Of a stretch of 41,779 nt of DNA, positions 36,930-41,779 are shown piece after piece. This DNA comes from a virus (taxonomy: Duplodnaviria; Caudoviricetes). Numbering within the stretch: position 1 is the first letter of the stretch; each line of letters opens with the position of its first letter. The notes beneath the pieces are model-generated. The model saw only the letters and a list, made by a program, of their open reading frames with translations. It was not told where the DNA came from and ran no database searches. The DNA lies in the IMG/VR virus record IMGVR_UViG_3300022217_000261, positions 1-41,779 of that record; one strand, written 5' to 3'. The translations under genes were made by a program, and so were the position numbers.

Positions 36930-38096
36930 ATGAACAATGGAAGAAAAGAAATAGCAAAAACTTTAAAAACTGTATTAGATCATCACATTATGGGTGATAT
37001 CATTGATAGATCTAATCCTATAATGTCTGAAGATATTGATGAAGTTTTAAATTATTGGAAATATGATTTATTTAAAAGAAATCCTGCACCTGCTTATATT
37101 AATGATAATGGTGATATCATTTGTTCTGATCTTGATTTAGCCACATTTTTATATACTCTTGCAGATAGAGGGGCAGTTATTTCAATTCCAAGTTATAAAT
37201 CTATGAGAGCTACTACTGTTAAAGAAGGACAGTTGCTTACATCAAAAGAAAATAGGCATGGTAAACTTATTGGATTAAACGCAAATAAGGAAACTTTTTC
37301 TTTTGGAATTAAAATATTTGATAATAATGTTATTACTACAGATTCTGTAGGAGATTTTCGAAATTTTAATCTAACAAATTTAAAAGGATCTTTTTATAGT
37401 GGGTGGAATACTATTCAATTCTTACCAACTGCAAAAGAAAATAATTTTATAAATGAATCTGGTATAGCTTCTGATAATAAAATTTATTTTAAGAATTTTG
37501 TGCATCCTCTGAGATGGGTATCATTTTTTGGTCATAAATATTTTGTAACAAAAGCTCTTATTGATAGATTAACTGAAGAATCATCATTTTATTATTCATG
37601 TATTAAAGAAATGTTAGCTGAAGGTATTAATTACCCAGAAAGTGGCCAAGAAGGAGCTAAAAAAGAATACCCAAAAACTGAAAAATTTGAAGGTAAAAAA
37701 ATAAAAATAAATTGCTTTGAAATAGAATTAGATATTCCATGGAAAGAGGAATTTATTAAACCAGAATATAATCAACAAACTCTTATTAATTTAACAGAAA
37801 AAAGAAAGAAATTTATTTATACAATAATTCCACAATTAAGATTTGCTACTAGAGCAACAGAATTAGCATATTTTAATATGAAAAATTCACTAGATTATGA
37901 ACCATTTCCATCATGGATTCTAAACGCTAAATGGGAAAAAAATTATATAGTAGTTAATCCAAAAACGGGTCGAAAAGGTAGAAAAAAATGGGATAGATTA
38001 ATTCTTTTTCAACCAAGTGTTGGTGAACAAGGGGTTGCGATTAGAAGAAGAGTTTATGAGAAAACTGAAGAAGTATCAAAAGACTATGAAGATTAA
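36930..38096 (+). CDS. hypothetical protein, 388 aa
   Basis: long ORF, AAAGGAG RBS; no family recognised. Confidence 0.85.
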   Translation: MNNGRKEIAKTLKTVLDHHIMGDIIDRSNPIMSEDIDEVLNYWKYDLFKRNPAPAYINDNGDIICSDLDLATFLYTLADRGAVISIPSYKSMRATTVKEGQLLTSKENRHGKLIGLNANKETFSFGIKIFDNNVITTDSVGDFRNFNLTNLKGSFYSGWNTIQFLPTAKENNFINESGIASDNKIYFKNFVHPLRWVSFFGHKYFVTKALIDRLTEESSFYYSCIKEMLAEGINYPESGQEGAKKEYPKTEKFEGKKIKINCFEIELDIPWKEEFIKPEYNQQTLINLTEKRKKFIYTIIPQLRFATRATELAYFNMKNSLDYEPFPSWILNAKWEKNYIVVNPKTGRKGRKKWDRLILFQPSVGEQGVAIRRRVYEKTEEVSKDYED

Positions 38097-38114
38097 ATGG
38101 AGGAGAATTGAAAA

Positions 38115-38678
38115 ATGGATAAACTGATTAAACCAATTAAAGCTTATTATTTCGCCAAAGAAGATCGTCAATTGCGATATAAAGACAATAGACACATCAG
38201 AATAGGTAGGACTCATAAAGTTGACGGACCGCCTATTTTATGTGAACATGGTCTCCATGGTTCCATAAAAGCCCTAGATGCCTTGCACTACGCTCCAGGA
38301 CCAATCCTCTATCAAGTCGAATTGAGTGGTCAACTAGACATCGGTGACGACAAAATAGCGGCCACCGAACGCAAATATCTCAAGTCCTTCGATGCCACCG
38401 ATTTGCTTCGAGAGTTTGCTCGCCGACAGGCTATGATCAACATCACCAAAATCAAGCCCTATTGCTCTGCTAAAGACTATGATCTGATAGTTGATTGGCT
38501 GGAGACTGGAAATGAAGAGATTAGAGAGGCAGCAAGGTCAGCAGCAGAGGCAGCATACTCAGCAGCAGAGGCAGCAGCAAGGGCAGCAGCAGATGCAGCA
38601 GCATGGGTAGCAGCAGAGGCAGCAGCAAATGAAATGCTGGAAGAAATGATAGAGAATCACTTTAAAGAAAGGGATTGA
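38115..38678 (+). CDS. hypothetical phage protein with LCEHGLHGS motif and Ala-rich repeat tail
   Basis: GGAGGAG RBS; visibly higher GC than flanks; paralogue starts at 41672. Confidence 0.8.
   Translation: MDKLIKPIKAYYFAKEDRQLRYKDNRHIRIGRTHKVDGPPILCEHGLHGSIKALDALHYAPGPILYQVELSGQLDIGDDKIAATERKYLKSFDATDLLREFARRQAMINITKIKPYCSAKDYDLIVDWLETGNEEIREAARSAAEAAYSAAEAAARAAADAAAWVAAEAAANEMLEEMIENHFKERD
38526..38627 (+). repeat. imperfect GCA-rich coding repeat (EAARSAAEAAYSAAEAAARAAA...)
   Basis: recurring GCAGCAGAGGCAGCA units. Confidence 0.85.
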
Positions 38679-38681
38679 AAA

Positions 38682-40487
38682 ATGGATATAAAAAAATTAA
38701 AATCTGAAATAACTAAACATGATAAATTATATTGGGAGCAAAACTCGCCGGAAATTTCAGATGAAGAATATGATCTCTTGAAGTTGCAATTAAAATCTAT
38801 AAATCCTACAGATGAATTTTTTGATGATGTAGATACTCAAAAATCTTTACATCCTCAAAGGAAATATAGACATAAAATCCCTATGCTTTCTTTAGAAAAG
38901 TTTACATCTAAAGAGAAAGTTATTAAATGGATGAAAGGAATTTCTAGAACATCAGATGAAAAATTTAGATTTGAATTAAAACTTGATGGAATATCTGGTA
39001 AAATAGAAGATGGTCATCTTGCTACTAGAGGAGATGGGAAATTAGGAGAAGACCATACTCCAAAATTGCCATATTTAAGTTATTTTACTAATGAAACTAT
39101 AGACCCTTTTAATCCTTCAGACTGTATTGGGGAAATTATTATCACTGATAAATTCTTTAAAAACAATTTAAAGAATGAATTCAAAAATTCTCGTAATGCA
39201 ACTTCTGGATTAATGGGTAGAAAACATGCTAAAGAAGTTGAAGGAAAAGGTTTAGTATTTGTAGATTATGATTGGTCTAAAATCACTAAAACTACTAATC
39301 TAGATGAAATTGATAAAAACTGGGATAAATGGATAGATGAATTCACAAATCTAGGTCTACCATATGATGGAATTGTTATTAAATTAGCTGATAAAGATTA
39401 CTATAAAGATCTAGGCAATAAAACAAATTGTCCTAAAGGTGCAATTGCTTATAAATTTGCTAATAAAAGAACTATTACTGAAGTTCGATATATTAGACCA
39501 CAAGTGAGTAGAAATGGTAATTTAATTCCGGTAGCTGAATTAGAACCTGTTGAATTGGCAGGAGTGACAATATCAAAAGCCACTTGTCACAATTATGATT
39601 TTATTAAAAATAAAGAAATTTCATCTGATTCTCATGTAATATTAGAAAGAGCAGGTGATGTTATTCCTAAAATAACAGAAATTATTAAAAAAGGAAAAGA
39701 AGTTCATTTACCTAAAAATTGTCCATGCTGCAAAACAATTACTATTTCTAAAGGTGTACATATAGTTTGTCCTAATAAAAAATGTGAAGAACAGATCATA
39801 CAAAATATGTTATTTATTGGAAAAATTTTAAATATTGAAGAAATGGGTAGACCAACAGTAGAAAAAATTTATCGTTATAAGTATTTTGAATTTACAGATG
39901 TGACTTCATTTAATGATTTAACATATCATGACATTTTATCATTTGATGGATTTGCGGAAAGTAGCGCGAAAACTCTATATAGAAATATTCAAAATGCTTT
40001 AATTAATATTACCGAAACTCAATTTTTAGCTAGTTTTGGAATTGAAGGATGTGGGAGAAGAGTAATAGATAAATTACTAACTAAAGCTAAAAATATTGAG
40101 AATCTTTTGAATTTTTCAATATCTAAATTGACTGAAGTAGAAGGTGTTGGAATTATTTTAGCTACTAATTTTATAAATTCTATTAAAGAATATGATATAG
40201 AAAGAGTACATAGAAAATATTGTAATGGTATATCTACTCCTAAACAAGAACACTATAATGTTACTAAAGAAGTTAAAGAAACAATTTGCTTCACGGGGAA
40301 AGGTGAATATACAAGAAATGAATATAATAAAATGGCAAAAAATAAAGGATATATTCCTAGCAACTCTATAGATAAAAAATTAAACATACTGGTAACTAAT
40401 AATATAACTAGTCAATCTTCTAAAATGAAAAAGGCTAATAAATATGGAATAAAAATAATTACATATGAAGAATTTTATAAATTATAA
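38682..40487 (+). CDS. ligA: NAD+-dependent DNA ligase
   Basis: Y...PEISDEEYD, PMLSL, ELKLDG, TRGDG, RNA, DGIVIK, IAYKF, RAGDVIP, C4 zinc, HhH, BRCT. Confidence 0.95.
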   Translation: MDIKKLKSEITKHDKLYWEQNSPEISDEEYDLLKLQLKSINPTDEFFDDVDTQKSLHPQRKYRHKIPMLSLEKFTSKEKVIKWMKGISRTSDEKFRFELKLDGISGKIEDGHLATRGDGKLGEDHTPKLPYLSYFTNETIDPFNPSDCIGEIIITDKFFKNNLKNEFKNSRNATSGLMGRKHAKEVEGKGLVFVDYDWSKITKTTNLDEIDKNWDKWIDEFTNLGLPYDGIVIKLADKDYYKDLGNKTNCPKGAIAYKFANKRTITEVRYIRPQVSRNGNLIPVAELEPVELAGVTISKATCHNYDFIKNKEISSDSHVILERAGDVIPKITEIIKKGKEVHLPKNCPCCKTITISKGVHIVCPNKKCEEQIIQNMLFIGKILNIEEMGRPTVEKIYRYKYFEFTDVTSFNDLTYHDILSFDGFAESSAKTLYRNIQNALINITETQFLASFGIEGCGRRVIDKLLTKAKNIENLLNFSISKLTEVEGVGIILATNFINSIKEYDIERVHRKYCNGISTPKQEHYNVTKEVKETICFTGKGEYTRNEYNKMAKNKGYIPSNSIDKKLNILVTNNITSQSSKMKKANKYGIKIITYEEFYKL

Positions 40488-41321
40488 TTATTTTTTATTT
40501 TTATTCCTCCAGTGATTTTTACCACTTCTAGAAGCATATTTAATATCTTTTTCCTTATCAGTATATTTTATTTTATTTTTATTGGGTCCTCGTTTAGTAC
40601 CTTTTTGTCTTTCTCCATTTTTTCTTCCAATTTCTTTAGCCTTTTGTTTTCCTTCTTCAGTTTGATAGAATTTTTTGACTCCCCTGCTTGTTTTTTCTCT
40701 TTCTTCAGGATTTTCCCATCTTTTCTGCGAGGATTTCTTCTTATTTATATTAGGACCTGAACAATTTCCGTCAATAGATCTATATATTTCATTTTTGTAT
40801 TCTTCTGTATGAATTATATCTTTATTCCATGGATTTCCAGAAAATGCACTATTTTCTTCTTTCATTCTATTACTTTGTACTTTTCTTCTCTCGTCAGACC
40901 AAATTGCTCCACTAACACCTTCGCCTCCCCATGTTCTATTTAATAATGGTCCCATATTTAAATCATTGCGACCAATTACCCATATTAATCTTATTTCTTC
41001 ATCAAATGCTTCTTGTTCATTTACATTTTCTAGAACTTTAATTATAATTGGATTATGCCTTTTATTATATAGCGATTTAAGTTTGCTAAGAAATGGAGTA
41101 ACTTTATTTAATTTTTTATTATTATCGCATTTTCTTTTAACATAATTCCAATGATCGTACATTCTATTTCCTACTCCTTTACCAACATAAATAGGTTCAT
41201 AATTGAATATATCTCTCCCTTCATTATAAGAATAATATCCTAGTTTTCTTTGATCTAAATAAACATAGGTATAAAATTTTTTATCTTCAATTAATAAAAT
41301 TTTATTATGGACTTGTTGCAC
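40488..41321 (-). mobile_element. free-standing GIY-YIG (LEM-3-like) homing endonuclease with NUMOD3-like C-terminal region; GTG start
   Basis: FYTYVY, IYVGKG..NR..H, EAF..E..LI..IGR, GPLLN.T.GGEG, PWNK...HTEE.K; the only gene on the opposite strand; AAAGGAG RBS. Confidence 0.8.
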
Positions 41322-41338
41322 TTTGACTAGATCTCCTT

Positions 41339-41436
41339 TATAAATAATTGTAGTAGAGGGACAGCGGATAATTAATCTTCGTCCGTTGCTGAGAGTGTAT
41401 CAGACTCTCAGCTTACCTCTATTTTAATTATTTATA
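41339..41436. promoter_or_regulatory. structured leader of the endonuclease bounded by inward-facing TATAAATA boxes
   Basis: about 21-bp outer stem enclosing two hairpins; TATAAATA at 41339-41346 (+) and 41436-41429 (-). Confidence 0.55.
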
Positions 41437-41459
41437 TAAACTAATTTTTTATAAATATC

Positions 41460-41488
41460 TTGACTTTCATATCGCTTTATAATATAAT
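41460..41488 (+). promoter_or_regulatory. sigma70-type promoter
   Basis: TTGACT-17 bp-TATAAT. Confidence 0.8.
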
Positions 41489-41523
41489 CATATAAAATAA
41501 ATAATTAAAAAGGGGTAAAGAAA

Positions 41524-41658
41524 ATGAATGATGTATTTAAATGGAAATTTTGGATATTTGCTAAAAATGTTTCATCTAAAGAAAAATTAATAAAAATAAA
41601 AAATAATATTTGGTATCTTAGAATATTTAATACCAAATATTATATTCAATTTATTTAA
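41524..41658 (+). CDS. hypothetical protein, 44 aa
   Basis: AAGGGG RBS after promoter; stop runs into the next RBS. Confidence 0.5.
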   Translation: MNDVFKWKFWIFAKNVSSKEKLIKIKNNIWYLRIFNTKYYIQFI

Positions 41659-41671
41659 AGGAGATTGAAAA

Positions 41672-41779
41672 ATGAACAAACCGATTAAACCAATTAAAGC
41701 CTATTATTTCGCTAATAAAAACCGCCAATTAAACTATGGCGACAATAGACACATCAGAATAGGTAGGACTCATAAAGTT
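41672..41779 (+). CDS. truncated paralogue of the 38115 gene (MNKPIKPIKAYYFANKNRQLNYGDNRHIRIGRTHKV...)
   Basis: near-identical to 38115-38222; runs off the window. Confidence 0.85.
   Translation, partial: MNKPIKPIKAYYFANKNRQLNYGDNRHIRIGRTHKV

Noticed and set aside
1264-40487. Inteins or introns in RNR, polymerase, UvsX, helicase or ligase
   Set aside because: Lengths are normal, motifs are contiguous and no splice-junction signatures were seen.
40460-40487. Ligase ending YEEFYKL as another clamp-binding tail
   Set aside because: EEF is the normal last helix of LigA BRCT domains.
41351-41425. Hammerhead ribozyme
   Set aside because: CTGAGAG does not fit CUGANGA, it is base-paired within a stem, and there is no GAAA core on either strand.
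38115-41779. Diversity-generating retroelement template/variable repeat pair
   Set aside because: Differences include C/T changes at non-adenine positions, both copies are gene 5' ends with an RBS, and no reverse transcriptase is in the window.
1-41779. Stop-codon reassignment
   Set aside because: Conserved genes are full length in code 11 and TAA, TAG and TGA all end genes.

Overview
AT-rich (roughly 25-30% GC by eye) segment of a large T4-related dsDNA phage. All but one real gene is on the + strand and ORFs are intact in the standard code. It holds a T4-type replication core (gp43 PolB, UvsX, gp41, gp33, gp59-like, gp61, gp45, gp44/62, RegA, gp32) plus class II RNR, RuvC-like resolvase and NAD-dependent ligase. 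There is also an envelope module (GluR0-like channel, TAXI fusion, DUF2491, PspA, broken SPFH-like gene), RtcB, two DHH enzymes and a - strand GIY-YIG endonuclease. The main candidate new system is a 7-deazaguanine modification cluster (queD-queE-folE ... queC ... dpdA) with a myo-inositol-1-phosphate synthase, a HAD phosphatase and a SAM methyltransferase embedded in it. DpdA and the divergent QueC end in a clamp-binding-like tail (MNEFF, LGNFF) resembling those of the polymerase (IDEFF) and gp33 (MEEFF). This suggests clamp-coupled, possibly inositol-bearing, DNA hypermodification (inference). Several recurring non-coding structures are also visible. All family calls come from motif recognition by eye; no database searches were run.
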